DNA from: Spirochaetota bacterium
GTDB taxonomy: Bacteria; Spirochaetota; UBA4802; UBA5550
NCBI GenBank assembly: GCA_963663865.1
Contig: OY760686.1
Coordinates: 1,344,001 to 1,408,000, forward strand
Direction of reading: 5' to 3'
Length of the DNA stretch: 64,000 nucleotides
Shown: piece after piece, positions 46,876-56,991 of the stretch
Numbering within the stretch: the first letter of the stretch is position 1
Layout: each line of letters begins with the position of its first letter
Position numbers and translations under genes: made by a program
Notes under the pieces: model-generated
Seen by the model: the letters and a program-made list of their open reading frames with translations, nothing else
Database searches by the model: none
Told to the model about the DNA's origin: nothing

Positions 46876-47391
46876 TTGCGAAGATGTCTTTGTTATATTG
46901 CTGCTGTAACTCTTCTTACAGCAGGTTATTCCGGCTGCTCATCGCTGAATCCCTTTCATAGAGAGGCGCCTGAAAGGTACTCGTCCGAGGGAAGAAAGCT
47001 CCTTGAAGAGGCAGCCGCGATGCTGCGTTACAGCTACGGGTATGATTCAGAACTGGAAATTCACTATATCGTTTCGACGCCTCTTAGCGAAAAAAACCTG
47101 AAGTCAAAATCCTCTGCGATGCTCTCCATTCTCAGAAAGTATAAAACAGAGGATGTTGTCGATTTCTACGGAGCCGTCTTCTCGCTGAAGCTCGACACCC
47201 AGGCTCTCATGGAGGTTATGAAGGAGGATGAGGAGTGGACCGATTATACATACATACAGAAGTATCTCTATCCTCCCATTGCGGAATTTGAGTCCTTCCT
47301 TGAAAGCGTTATCTCCTCAATGGGCAGCGATGCGGCTTCTCTGGCAAAGGCAAAGAAGGAAACAGTGCAGAGTTCCCGTGTGAAGAAGTAA
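46876..47391 (+). CDS. Hypothetical lipoprotein
   Basis: AGGAGG RBS, TTG start, LLTAGYSGC lipobox-like motif. Confidence 0.65.
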   Translation: MRRCLCYIAAVTLLTAGYSGCSSLNPFHREAPERYSSEGRKLLEEAAAMLRYSYGYDSELEIHYIVSTPLSEKNLKSKSSAMLSILRKYKTEDVVDFYGAVFSLKLDTQALMEVMKEDEEWTDYTYIQKYLYPPIAEFESFLESVISSMGSDAASLAKAKKETVQSSRVKK

Positions 47392-47440
47392 CGGCTTACT
47401 GTAATGCGGCATTACTATACCTGCTTCGGATTTATACAAA

Positions 47441-49027
47441 ATGACTGACAGACTATACACAGCATATATCGTGCCTGCTTTAACGGCTCTGATTCTCTTT
47501 TCAGGGCCAGTTTATTCTCAGACCGCTGTCCATTCAGAGGAAGATCTTTACGCCGATTTTCAGGTCCTCGTCGGAGAAAGGGAGCGGCCATACCTGAACT
47601 ACAAGACGCTTTCTGATTCCTCATGGGATAGCTCTCCCGGATTGAAGATATTCCCGCTTGAATTGTACTCATCGTACAATGCCACTGCTCCATACGGGGC
47701 TAATGACGGAGCGCTGTGGCAGGGGAAGGGGCTCAACATGTCGTTTACCGGAGGCGTCAGGCATAAGTCAGAGCTGTTCGAGCTAACCTTCAAGCCTCAG
47801 ATCGTATTTTCGCAGAACAGCAGCTTCAGATTAATGGATTCGGAGTATTCATCGGAGTACGGCTATATATGGGGTTATTCCGAAAATGCCGGAGCCGATG
47901 CGCCGCAGCGTTTCGGTAATCAGCCGCTGTACGACTTTAACTGGGGCGATACGGAAGCACGATTTACCTGGAAGAGTTTCACGATAGGCGTTGGAACTCA
48001 GTCTCCATGGATGGGCCCCGGCAGGGTAAACGCCATAATTCACTCAAATAACGCACCGCCCTATCCTGCTGTTGACATGGGGCTTCGGCGTTCAAGGCTT
48101 ACCATACTTGGATGGTATGCGGGAGATGTTGAGGCTCGGCTGCGCTGCGGCTATCTTTCTGAGTCAGATTACTTCGATGAAGACAGCTCAAATGATCACA
48201 ACATGATAAGCTCGCTTTCTCTCGCTTACGCTCCGTCGTTTCTGAAGGGGTTGACCCTCTTTTTGAACAGAGCATATCTGGCCAGGTGGAAGGCGGACAG
48301 TTTGAACACAATACCGAAGCTGATGCTGGTCAACTGGAGCGGAGGCGGCGGACAGGACGAGTGGGACCAGAGGGTCTCTCTCGGATTCGACCTGCTTCTT
48401 CCGGAGGTCGGTGCAGAGTTCTACGCTGAAGCCGGATTAAATGACTATCCAGGAAACACCTTGACCAAGAATATCCAGAATCCTTTTCACAGCCTGGTCT
48501 ACACATGCGGGGTGAGAAAATCTGTGACGATCGACGCGGAGAAAAAATTGCGGGGTGAGGTCATCTTTGAGTGGTCGAACCTTGAGCTTTCGCCAGATTT
48601 TCAGTTTCAGTGGCCGGCAACGTTTTATATGCATCATGAGGTCACTCAGGGGCATACAAACGAGGGACAGTGGCTCGGCGCCGGAATAGGGACAGGCGGC
48701 AACAGCCAGTACCTCGGTTTCAGAGTATACTCCGGAGCACAGGGTGTTGATTCCAGGGAGATATACATTCACCGCTACAATCCCGACAATGATTTCAAAA
48801 ACAGAGAAACCATTAAAACCGGGGATGATGTGGATGAGATTGGGAAAAACAACTACAGGACGATACTCGCCGTAGGGGTGAAGTCATCAAGCAGGCTTAT
48901 TGGGCGGCTGGACCTCCTTCTCGGGCTGGCCGGGATTCTTGATTACTGCCGCTACTACGACCACACTGATCCTGATGCGATAAGCTGGAATATGCAGGTG
49001 CAGGCGGGAATCAAGTATCACCTTTAG
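47441..49027 (+). CDS. Capsule assembly Wzi-family outer-membrane protein
   Basis: PYGANDGALWQGKG, WMGPG..IIHSNNAPPYP, GHTNEGQWLGAGIGTGGNSQ; recognised by motif recall. Confidence 0.75.
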   Translation: MTDRLYTAYIVPALTALILFSGPVYSQTAVHSEEDLYADFQVLVGERERPYLNYKTLSDSSWDSSPGLKIFPLELYSSYNATAPYGANDGALWQGKGLNMSFTGGVRHKSELFELTFKPQIVFSQNSSFRLMDSEYSSEYGYIWGYSENAGADAPQRFGNQPLYDFNWGDTEARFTWKSFTIGVGTQSPWMGPGRVNAIIHSNNAPPYPAVDMGLRRSRLTILGWYAGDVEARLRCGYLSESDYFDEDSSNDHNMISSLSLAYAPSFLKGLTLFLNRAYLARWKADSLNTIPKLMLVNWSGGGGQDEWDQRVSLGFDLLLPEVGAEFYAEAGLNDYPGNTLTKNIQNPFHSLVYTCGVRKSVTIDAEKKLRGEVIFEWSNLELSPDFQFQWPATFYMHHEVTQGHTNEGQWLGAGIGTGGNSQYLGFRVYSGAQGVDSREIYIHRYNPDNDFKNRETIKTGDDVDEIGKNNYRTILAVGVKSSSRLIGRLDLLLGLAGILDYCRYYDHTDPDAISWNMQVQAGIKYHL

Positions 49028-49093
49028 ACGTTGTCTCAGTATGAAAAGAGGTAATCCGAAAAGCTTCAGGCGCGGAATGATGAAGGAGAGAAG

Positions 49094-50305
49094 ATGAAGG
49101 TCTTTTTTGCAGTTGCGGTTACATTGTTAGCGGGAGCCCCGCAGGGCCAGCCATCGGCTTACGTGCTTTGCTATCACGCCTTTAACGGCAGAAATAACGA
49201 GTACACCTTTACAACAGATGAGCTTGAGGCTCACTGCAGCGCCCTGAAGGGAGCGGGTTACCGCTTTATCAGCTCGGAAGAGTTTTTCAGGGGTGATTAC
49301 AGGGGTCAGAAAAACGTACTCATAACTGTGGATGACGGCAACAAAAGCGTTTACGAAGCCTACTACAGGGTGTTTAAACGCTACGGAATTAAGCCGCTGC
49401 TTGCTATATATCCAGCCATTATTGGAAAAACCGACTACGCGCTGAGCTGGGAGGAGCTGAAGGAGCTTGCCGGAGACGGATGCTCAATAGCCTCGCACGG
49501 ATACAATCATCTATATGTGAACGACAAGCTTCTCGCAACTGACCCGAAGAGCTTTAACCGCGAAATAAGGCTTTCACAGAAGAGGCTGCAGGACAGGCTC
49601 GGCCGGGAAGTGAACATTTTTGTATATCCCTTTGGTCTCTACGGCCCGGCGACTCTAAGGGCCCTCAGAGAATCCGGTTACCGATATGGCTTTACTATAA
49701 AACCCGGCATAACCGGACGGGATGATCTGACACGAGCCCCATTCGAGATTAGGCGATACATGATGACAGAGGCTTCAGCCCCACGGATACTTGCCCGCAT
49801 GGACAGCTCCATCAGGATTCCGGGAAAGGCATCAGTGTCAGAGAATGCGCAAAAGCCCGTCAAGCGCGAGCAGTTAAAATCAGATAAAACTCACAGGGTA
49901 TATAAAAGGGCAAAGTTGAAAGCCATGATTGAGCCCGGATATGAATATAAATTGAGTGCTGATGAGGCCCGGAAAGGTCCAGTCGTCACCGAAGTCGAAG
50001 GGTATACTCCTTTTTTTAGAATAAATGCTGGAAGCGCTGAGCCGGCCGGTGTAGTATCGGGCGGAGTGTCGGCCAGGGCAGACATTTTGCCTGCTGGAAC
50101 AGTTGAGGCAGCAGCTGTTGGCAGCCGTCATGGCGATCATGTGCCTGTTTCGGATGCGGACGGAGCTGCAGAGGCCAAAATGAGCTCTGTCGAATCTGAA
50201 AGTTCACCGGTAAAGGACCTTTACCTGAAGACTGTATCGGAGGCAGCTGTTTTTTATTCGTCAATGCTGAGATTGAGTGCGCGCAAAATGCCCGAGTTCG
50301 AATGA
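49094..50305 (+). CDS. Exported polysaccharide deacetylase (CE4, IcaB/PgaB-like) with low-complexity tail
   Basis: LCYH, ITVDDG, SHGYNH, FVYPFG. Confidence 0.88.
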   Translation: MKVFFAVAVTLLAGAPQGQPSAYVLCYHAFNGRNNEYTFTTDELEAHCSALKGAGYRFISSEEFFRGDYRGQKNVLITVDDGNKSVYEAYYRVFKRYGIKPLLAIYPAIIGKTDYALSWEELKELAGDGCSIASHGYNHLYVNDKLLATDPKSFNREIRLSQKRLQDRLGREVNIFVYPFGLYGPATLRALRESGYRYGFTIKPGITGRDDLTRAPFEIRRYMMTEASAPRILARMDSSIRIPGKASVSENAQKPVKREQLKSDKTHRVYKRAKLKAMIEPGYEYKLSADEARKGPVVTEVEGYTPFFRINAGSAEPAGVVSGGVSARADILPAGTVEAAAVGSRHGDHVPVSDADGAAEAKMSSVESESSPVKDLYLKTVSEAAVFYSSMLRLSARKMPEFE

Positions 50306-50437
50306 TTTATACTGTATTGGAGAAAAGCCGCGGCTCGATAAAAAAATATACCCGTTGTGTATAATTTTTAGTATATTAACATGATGTTCTGCGAATAAGC
50401 AGCGGCCAGTGATGTCTATCTGAAATTGGAGTTTGGT

Positions 50438-50737
50438 ATGAAGATACAGTCGGTAGAGAGTAACGGTTCCATCACGCTGAGCATTGAGGGTGAGATGGAG
50501 AATCTTTCAATGAAAGACATGCGTGAGGCTCTGGACAGGGTCATTAATACGAGCGATCTCGATTTGAAGGTCGATTTCACGAACGTTGAGTATATTGATT
50601 CTTCCGGAATCGGTATGCTTATCTACGCCTATAAGTCGCTCAAGGACCAGGGCCGCAATTTCAGGCTTATGAATCTCTCAGACAGAGTCGCCGGAATTCT
50701 TGAGATGAGCTCGCTTTCTGAAGTAATAGCTGACTGA
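50438..50737 (+). CDS. STAS-domain anti-sigma factor antagonist
   Basis: VDFTNVEYIDSSGIGML; GGAG before ATG 50438. Confidence 0.9.
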   Translation: MKIQSVESNGSITLSIEGEMENLSMKDMREALDRVINTSDLDLKVDFTNVEYIDSSGIGMLIYAYKSLKDQGRNFRLMNLSDRVAGILEMSSLSEVIAD

Positions 50738-50740
50738 CGG

Positions 50741-51394
50741 TCAGAATTTTTTTGCCTCCCAAACACCTCTGTGACCGGTCTTCGAATAGCTCCCCTTGAT
50801 GATTTTGCCGCCTGCGCTGTATTTTCCATTGTAGTGCTGGACGAAGTAGGCCCCCGCGCCTGTTTTTCTAAGCTCCGCCGGCGTGCTGACTGATCTTTTG
50901 AAGTAGAGCGAGTTTCCTTTAATTGTTACGTTCTTGAGGTATTCGACCGCACCATGAGCCCAGTTCGGAAATTTGACAGCTCCGTAAATACGGCCGTTCT
51001 TTTCCCACAGGCTGAGCGTGCCTCTGTGGGCGGAGACATTGATGTGGTAATTCCCCAGATATTGCGGAGGCACAGAGGCCGCGTCCTCGTCCCCTTCATC
51101 GTCGATGTATTCAATAAAGCTGATATCCTCAAGCCCGATTGCCGAAAGCGAGTAGTCAATATCGTTCCGGGCAAGAAGTTCCTTTTTCGAATCATGGGAA
51201 GGATATGAACGTGTCATAATCACATAACCGCCCGCGAACACAAACCTGTTTGCGCGAAAAAACTCTCCGGACTGTGTTTTTACAATGGCGCTTCTTGATG
51301 GAGCAAATGATGCGATCAGCAGAAGTATCAGGATTGATAATGCTCCCGCGGCAAAGACCAGGGCTGTTCTTTTTAATGATATTTTATTTTCCAC
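50741..51394 (-). CDS. Hypothetical membrane-anchored protein
   Basis: N-terminal TM then beta-rich domain; overlaps the end of the upstream TPR gene. Confidence 0.65.
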   Translation of the reverse strand: MENKISLKRTALVFAAGALSILILLLIASFAPSRSAIVKTQSGEFFRANRFVFAGGYVIMTRSYPSHDSKKELLARNDIDYSLSAIGLEDISFIEYIDDEGDEDAASVPPQYLGNYHINVSAHRGTLSLWEKNGRIYGAVKFPNWAHGAVEYLKNVTIKGNSLYFKRSVSTPAELRKTGAGAYFVQHYNGKYSAGGKIIKGSYSKTGHRGVWEAKKF

Positions 51395-52328
51395 TTTTAC
51401 CGTCCGAAATATTCAGGGCCTTTACCGTGGTCAGCTCAGCCATATCGTGATTGCCGAGCTGACGGTATATTCCCGCAAGGTTTATGAGGTACTCGCTGTT
51501 ATCCGGTTCAATCTTAACCGCCTGCTTCATAAGGGCAAGAGATTTTCTGAGAAAATAAACTCTCTTTCCGGGAAGAGGTTTGTTTACGAGTATACTGGCC
51601 AGATGGAAATAGCCGGGCGCACATCCGGGTAGTGATTTGAGCAGTTTTTCGAGCGTCTCAACGGCGGCGGTAAAGTTATTTCCTGCCCTGTAAAGCGATG
51701 CGAGTGTTATGAAGGCCTCGTCGCAGACAGGACAGAGCTCGACCGCTCTTTGAAGCTCGACTTCCGCCTGCGCAAGTTTACCCTGCCTGAAGAGCTCAAG
51801 CCCTCTGTCAAGATGAGGCCTGTATTGTGCCTCAGTTGCAAGTCGTGCCCGCGAGATTGCTGAAAGGTAGCTCTCATGTTCCCCGCGGCGATAGTAGTGA
51901 CGCACGACTGCGGTCAGACCGGGAGCGTATCCAGCATCCAGAGAGAGGCATTTTTGCAGGCTGCTGAAAGCGGAGTTGACGTCGCCTAATCTTTCGAAGG
52001 TAACTGAGAGCTTATAGTGTGACTGCGCTGTGCTTTCATTCGAAGCCGCAGCATTGAGATACAGGGAGTGAGCTTCCTCAATCCTGCCCATTTTGAGGTA
52101 TACATCACCCAGCAGTTCTGAGGCTTCAGCTTTACCCGGTTCCTTTATCAGGGCCAGCCTCAGGCTTTCAACGGCAAAGCTGTACATCTCTGCTTTATAC
52201 TGTTTAGCACCTCGCCTCAGGTAGAAGTCTGAGCTTTCCTTCAGAAGCTCCTGTGAAACTATTTCTCCATCCGGAACAAGAAAAAATAAGATGAAGACGG
52301 TTATAAAAAATGAATTCCTTGTTGACAT
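51384..52328 (-). CDS. Exported TPR-repeat protein (likely start ATG 52328; track extension runs antisense through tRNA-Phe)
   Basis: Hydrophobic N-terminus FFITVFILFFLV, TPRs (LLGDVYLKMG, AFITLASLY, YLINLAGIY). Confidence 0.8.
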   Translation of the reverse strand: MSTRNSFFITVFILFFLVPDGEIVSQELLKESSDFYLRRGAKQYKAEMYSFAVESLRLALIKEPGKAEASELLGDVYLKMGRIEEAHSLYLNAAASNESTAQSHYKLSVTFERLGDVNSAFSSLQKCLSLDAGYAPGLTAVVRHYYRRGEHESYLSAISRARLATEAQYRPHLDRGLELFRQGKLAQAEVELQRAVELCPVCDEAFITLASLYRAGNNFTAAVETLEKLLKSLPGCAPGYFHLASILVNKPLPGKRVYFLRKSLALMKQAVKIEPDNSEYLINLAGIYRQLGNHDMAELTTVKALNISDGKSGK

Positions 52329-52349
52329 ATTCAACCTGTATATTATTTT
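52322..52349 (+). promoter_or_regulatory. Promoter of tRNA-Phe
   Basis: TTGACA-16 nt-TATTTT, 14 nt upstream of the tRNA. Confidence 0.5.
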
Positions 52350-52363
52350 CGTACTTGTTTGAT

Positions 52364-52436
<73 letters not shown>

Positions 52437-52453
52437 ATCTCTTTTTCCAACCT

Positions 52454-52655
52454 CATTTACCATTTACCATTTACCATTTACCATTTACCATTTACCATTT
52501 ACCATTTACCATTTACCATTTACCATTTACCATTTACCATTTACCATTTACCATTTACCATTTACCATTTACCATTTACCATTTACCATTTACCATTTAC
52601 CATTTACCATTTACCATTTACCATTTACCATTTACCATTTACCATTTACCATTTA
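52454..52655. repeat. Perfect heptanucleotide tandem repeat (CATTTAC)28 + CATTTA
   Basis: 202 nt of uninterrupted 7-bp units. Confidence 0.99.
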
Positions 52656-53009
52656 TCGGTTCTACCTCTAACTTCTCAAGTTTTTTATCATCTTGACAAA
52701 ATACCGTTCTGATATTTTCTGTAACTGTTGCTGTTTTGAAATATTGGCGCGCTTTTATGTTCAATGCCGGGCTTCGGTCTGTTCGATGCAGCATTTTTTC
52801 TGGAATGACGTTTCTTTTCATCAGGGATAAGGCCCGTGATGTCATAAGAGTAACGAAGGCCTGCTTTTTCCAAAGGCGAGGTGGACCGGGAATGATTCCC
52901 CGATCAGATGCAGAGACAGGGAAGTTTTATCGATAGTATTTTTGTAAGGAATTTCCCCGGTTTTCTTGATGAATTAATGAAATGAATAAATACAGTTTGG
53001 GGTACAGCT

Positions 53010-54281
53010 ATGATTGATCCAAAGATAATCCGTGAAGATATAGGACTTGTGAAGGATATCCTCGAAAGAAGGAACATGAGTTCTGCTGTCGATGTTGATG
53101 CGCTTGCCGCGCTTGATGAAGAGAGACGTTCTCTCATTCTTAAATCCGATGAGTATCGAGAGGTCAGAAATCGCCTTTCAAAGGAGATCGGCGCTATTAA
53201 GTCGAAAGGCGGCGATGCTTCAGCTATAATGGATGAGGTGCAGAAGGCTGCTGACGGCATAAAGTCATGCGAGTCGAGACTTGCGGAAATCGAGGGGGAT
53301 TTCAGCGAAATGCATCTCTCTGTTCCAAACATCCTTGATGCTTCAGTTCCCACAGGCAGGGATGACTCGGAAAACATAGTTGTGCGCGAGTGGGGAGAGA
53401 AGCCTTCTTTTAACTTCGACCCGAAGCCTCATTATGACCTTGGTACGGAGATGGGTATTCTGGACTTTGAAAGAGGCGTTAAGCTCGCGGGCGCAAGATT
53501 CTATGTCTACAGAGGGCTGGCGGCTCAACTTGAAAGGGCCATTCTTTCTTTCATGCTTGATCTGCATACCACTGAACACGGCTACACCGAGATTTTCGCA
53601 CCGTTCATTGTAAACGATGAGAGCATGACAGGAACGGGGCAGTATCCAAAGTTTAAAGATGAGTACTACAGGATGGACAGAGACGGTCTATCGCTGATTC
53701 CAACAGCAGAAGTGCCGTTAACAAATCTGTACCGGGATGAGATTATCGACGGCAAGGAGCTTCCAATATCGGTGACAATGCAGTCATCGTGCTTCAGGAG
53801 GGAGGCAGGCGCCGCGGGCCGCGACACAAGGGGCCTTGTCAGGGTGCATCAGTTCCAAAAAGTTGAACTTGTTAAATTTGTGGAGCCGGAAAACTCGTCT
53901 GAAGAGCTTGAACGTCTCACAGCTAACGCTGAAGAGGTTCTCAAGAGGCTGAAAATACATTACAGGGTTGTTCTGCTATGCAGCGGCGACACTTCGGCTT
54001 CTTCGTCCAAGACCTACGACATTGAGGTTTGGATGCCCGGGCTGAACCGCTACCTTGAGATATCATCCTGCTCTAACTTTCTTGACTATCAGGCCAGAAG
54101 AGCAAGAATACGCTATAAGAAAGACCAGGGGACAAAGCCGGCCTTTGTGCATACACTCAACGGTTCGGGCCTGGCTGCCGGCAGAACGCTTGCCGCGATA
54201 ATGGAGAACTATCAGACGGCTGAAGGCAACATAGCCATACCAGAGGTTCTTAAACCATACATGAAGGGATTAAAAGCCTGA
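53010..54281 (+). CDS. serS: Serine--tRNA ligase
   Basis: LIPTAEVPL, CFRREAG..DTRGLVRVHQFQKVE, EISSCSN, HTLNGSGLA. Confidence 0.98.
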   Translation: MIDPKIIREDIGLVKDILERRNMSSAVDVDALAALDEERRSLILKSDEYREVRNRLSKEIGAIKSKGGDASAIMDEVQKAADGIKSCESRLAEIEGDFSEMHLSVPNILDASVPTGRDDSENIVVREWGEKPSFNFDPKPHYDLGTEMGILDFERGVKLAGARFYVYRGLAAQLERAILSFMLDLHTTEHGYTEIFAPFIVNDESMTGTGQYPKFKDEYYRMDRDGLSLIPTAEVPLTNLYRDEIIDGKELPISVTMQSSCFRREAGAAGRDTRGLVRVHQFQKVELVKFVEPENSSEELERLTANAEEVLKRLKIHYRVVLLCSGDTSASSSKTYDIEVWMPGLNRYLEISSCSNFLDYQARRARIRYKKDQGTKPAFVHTLNGSGLAAGRTLAAIMENYQTAEGNIAIPEVLKPYMKGLKA

Positions 54282-54295
54282 GTATGAAGGCCCCG

Positions 54296-55501
54296 CTAAA
54301 GTGAAGCAGGGGCCTCAATTTTTATCTCCTCGATTCCATCCGCCTCAAGAACCTCTGAGATGCTTCTCAGCTTTGAGTTTAGAAAGTCGATCCGCTTCTG
54401 AGAAGCAGCTTTTTCCTCTGCTGACCCATTTTTCCCAAGTTCAACTGATTCTGTAATCTCCGACTCAATTGTCGTTGTCTGGATATGCCTTCCTCCCTTC
54501 TTCGAGACCTTGTTCTCGGTCATAATCGGGACAAGAGTGAAGGACGCATTGATTCCCGATTCAGACTGTTTCAGGTTAGTTTTTAGAATCACAGAATCTC
54601 TGGTGCTCAACATGGTTCCGGACTTCAGCCTGTGGGAGCTGCTTTGATTGGAAATAAAGTTGCCCAGGCTGTAGAAAACATGGACCTTCCTGCCGTCAGG
54701 GAAGACCATCCTTTCAACTGGAAGAAGTATGTGCGGGTGATGTCCCACGAAGAGGTCAACACCGCGCTCCATGTACGACTTGATAATTTCTCTGTCCTTA
54801 TCTGCCGGGCTGGGAATGTATTCAGCTCCAAAATGACCCGTCATTACAAGATAATCGCATTTACCCTTCATGAGGTCAATATCTTCAAACATATCTTCTC
54901 TGCTGTAGAACATATTGAGATGGAAATCTTTCGTCTTTTTTGGAGCAAAAAAATTCATGACACCGGTATTTGACAGAAAGCCGATTCTGATTCCGTTTAC
55001 ATTTTTTATTATTCCGCCCCTCGCGGAGACTTCGTCAGTACCGGCGCCGATGAATTCAAGTCCGTACTCTTTCAGAAACTTCATTGTGGAACGCGCGCCG
55101 GTTACCCCCTGGTCAAGAAGGTGATTGTTGGCTATCGTCACCATCGTGAAGCCTGCCTTCTGCATCGCAGGTATGATTTCCGGTCTGGAGTTGAATATCA
55201 TGGGGCGGCTGGAAAATGGGTGTTTGACGGGAAACTCCATGTTGCCCTGAACTACGTCGCAGTCCTTGAACTCGCCGGATATCCTGTCGAAAAGCACATC
55301 AAAACCGCCGTTGTTTAGAACCTTGCCTGTCTGCTCACAGTGCTCCATGTTTCTTGCGGCGCAGTTCTTCACGGGAATATGCATCATAATATCGCCGGTG
55401 AAGGCGATAACAGCGGGCGGGTTTTCAGCTGAGGATTTACATCCCGCAGCCAGTAAAGGAATCAAAAGTAAAAAAACTATTTTTTTAAGAAAAATATTCA
55501 T
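54296..55501 (-). CDS. CapA (PGA_cap) metallophosphoesterase-family lipoprotein
   Basis: LLAAGC lipobox, FTGDIM, GNME, IANNHLLD, HFGAEY, GHHPH, YSLGNF. Start 55501 or 55528. Confidence 0.9.
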   Translation of the reverse strand: MNIFLKKIVFLLLIPLLAAGCKSSAENPPAVIAFTGDIMMHIPVKNCAARNMEHCEQTGKVLNNGGFDVLFDRISGEFKDCDVVQGNMEFPVKHPFSSRPMIFNSRPEIIPAMQKAGFTMVTIANNHLLDQGVTGARSTMKFLKEYGLEFIGAGTDEVSARGGIIKNVNGIRIGFLSNTGVMNFFAPKKTKDFHLNMFYSREDMFEDIDLMKGKCDYLVMTGHFGAEYIPSPADKDREIIKSYMERGVDLFVGHHPHILLPVERMVFPDGRKVHVFYSLGNFISNQSSSHRLKSGTMLSTRDSVILKTNLKQSESGINASFTLVPIMTENKVSKKGGRHIQTTTIESEITESVELGKNGSAEEKAASQKRIDFLNSKLRSISEVLEADGIEEIKIEAPASL

Positions 55502-55742
55502 AAACAACCTGTTGAAATAATTTTGCAATAATTACATGCTCTTATTGCGTACCTGACCTGTTCTCAGGCCCGCGGCAGAGGATTATGTCCGCATACGAGT
55601 CATTTTTTAGTTCTGAAGCGCTTATTCAAGTGTTTTTTGGAATAGCGTCAACAATTGTCCAAAGAAAAGCTTTACAATATTCCAATACTGGTATCTTATT
55701 CTCCGATTGACGTTATAGTCATGTTTTTATGAGCTGAATCCC

Positions 55743-56960
55743 ATGAAAAGAATTCCATTACATTACCAGATTCTGGCGGGTATTGCTGCGGGCGCGGCAG
55801 CCGGCATGACGCTTCCTGAGTTCGCCGGAGCGTTCAAGACCGCGGGAGAGCTCTTTGTCAGGGCACTGAAGATGCTTGTTGTGCCTTTGATTATAAGTTC
55901 GCTTGTGTCAGGGGTCACATCGAATTCGGCACCGGGCGGAGCGGGCAGGATAGGGCTGAAGGCCGCTCTGTACTATCTCTTTACAAGCCTGCTGGCTCTC
56001 AGTACCGGACTTTTTCTTGTGAACATCATCAGGCCCGGCGATGGAGTTTCCATTCCGATACCAGCCGATACAGCAGGTGTACAGGCAGCTGAAATCGGCG
56101 ATACACTGAAGAGCATTATCCCTGAAAATATTTTCAACGCGATGTCAGGATCAGACATGCTTGGAATCATTGTATTCACTCTCATGTTTGCTTTTTTTAT
56201 AACGAAGCTTCAGGATGAAAAGAGGAAGCTTCTTTCTTCTTTTTTTACTGCCGTATTTGAAGTAATGATGAAGATGACAATGGCGGTTATACGCTTTGCT
56301 CCTGTCGGTGTAATGGGAATTGTTGCCGGGGTGGTTGCTGATCAGAGCGGCTCGCCCGAGGGGCTTGCAAAGCTTGCAGCAGGGCTTGGCCTTTTCGCGC
56401 TGACCGTGCTGGCAGGACTGGCCGTGCATTTCTTTGTAACCCTGCCTGCGGTTTTATTCATAGCAGCAGGTGTAAATCCGCTCAGACATTACAGGGCAAT
56501 GTCGTCCGTGCTCCTCACTGCATTTTCAACTTCGAGTTCCAATGCCACCCTGCCTTTGACAATCGAAGCAGTCGAGAAAAACTCCGGTGTTTCAAACAGG
56601 ATTGCCGGGCTTACCCTGCCTCTGGGAGCGACTGTGAACATGGACGGCACCGGGCTCTACGAGCTGGTAGTGGCCGGTTTCGCGGCCCAGCTTCTGGGGA
56701 TTGAGCTGACAATATTTCAGCAGCTGGTTATGGTTGTCACGGCCCTGTTCGCTTCAATTGGGACGGCTGGAATACCGATGGCAAGCTACGCGGCAATGGC
56801 GGTCGTTTTTACGGCTGTAGGGCTGCCTATTGAGGCAATGCTTGTTGTCATGCCGATTGACCGGCCCCTTGACATGCTGAGGACGTCGATAAATGTGCTC
56901 AGTGACACAGTGGGCGCGGTTGTTATTGCGAAATCGGAGAAAGAAAAGCTTAAATACTAA
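55743..56960 (+). CDS. Dicarboxylate/amino acid:cation symporter (DAACS, GltP-like)
   Basis: AFSTSSSNATLP, LGATVNMDG, IDRPLDMLRTSINV. Confidence 0.95.
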   Translation: MKRIPLHYQILAGIAAGAAAGMTLPEFAGAFKTAGELFVRALKMLVVPLIISSLVSGVTSNSAPGGAGRIGLKAALYYLFTSLLALSTGLFLVNIIRPGDGVSIPIPADTAGVQAAEIGDTLKSIIPENIFNAMSGSDMLGIIVFTLMFAFFITKLQDEKRKLLSSFFTAVFEVMMKMTMAVIRFAPVGVMGIVAGVVADQSGSPEGLAKLAAGLGLFALTVLAGLAVHFFVTLPAVLFIAAGVNPLRHYRAMSSVLLTAFSTSSSNATLPLTIEAVEKNSGVSNRIAGLTLPLGATVNMDGTGLYELVVAGFAAQLLGIELTIFQQLVMVVTALFASIGTAGIPMASYAAMAVVFTAVGLPIEAMLVVMPIDRPLDMLRTSINVLSDTVGAVVIAKSEKEKLKY

Positions 56961-56991
56961 TTCCTTAAAAAAGCAGGCATGGAGGTCCGGA

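Noticed and set aside
52454-52655. Repeat array as CRISPR or as a coding region (ORF 52310-52696, HLPFTIY repeats)
   Set aside because: No spacers, 7-bp unit, no cas genes. The ORF runs through tRNA-Phe and stays open only because the repeat has no stop on that strand.
52860-52910. T-box-like GAGGTGGACCGGG upstream of serS
   Set aside because: Bulge is one nt short of UGGNACC; no matching antiterminator, terminator or Stem I with a Ser specifier found.
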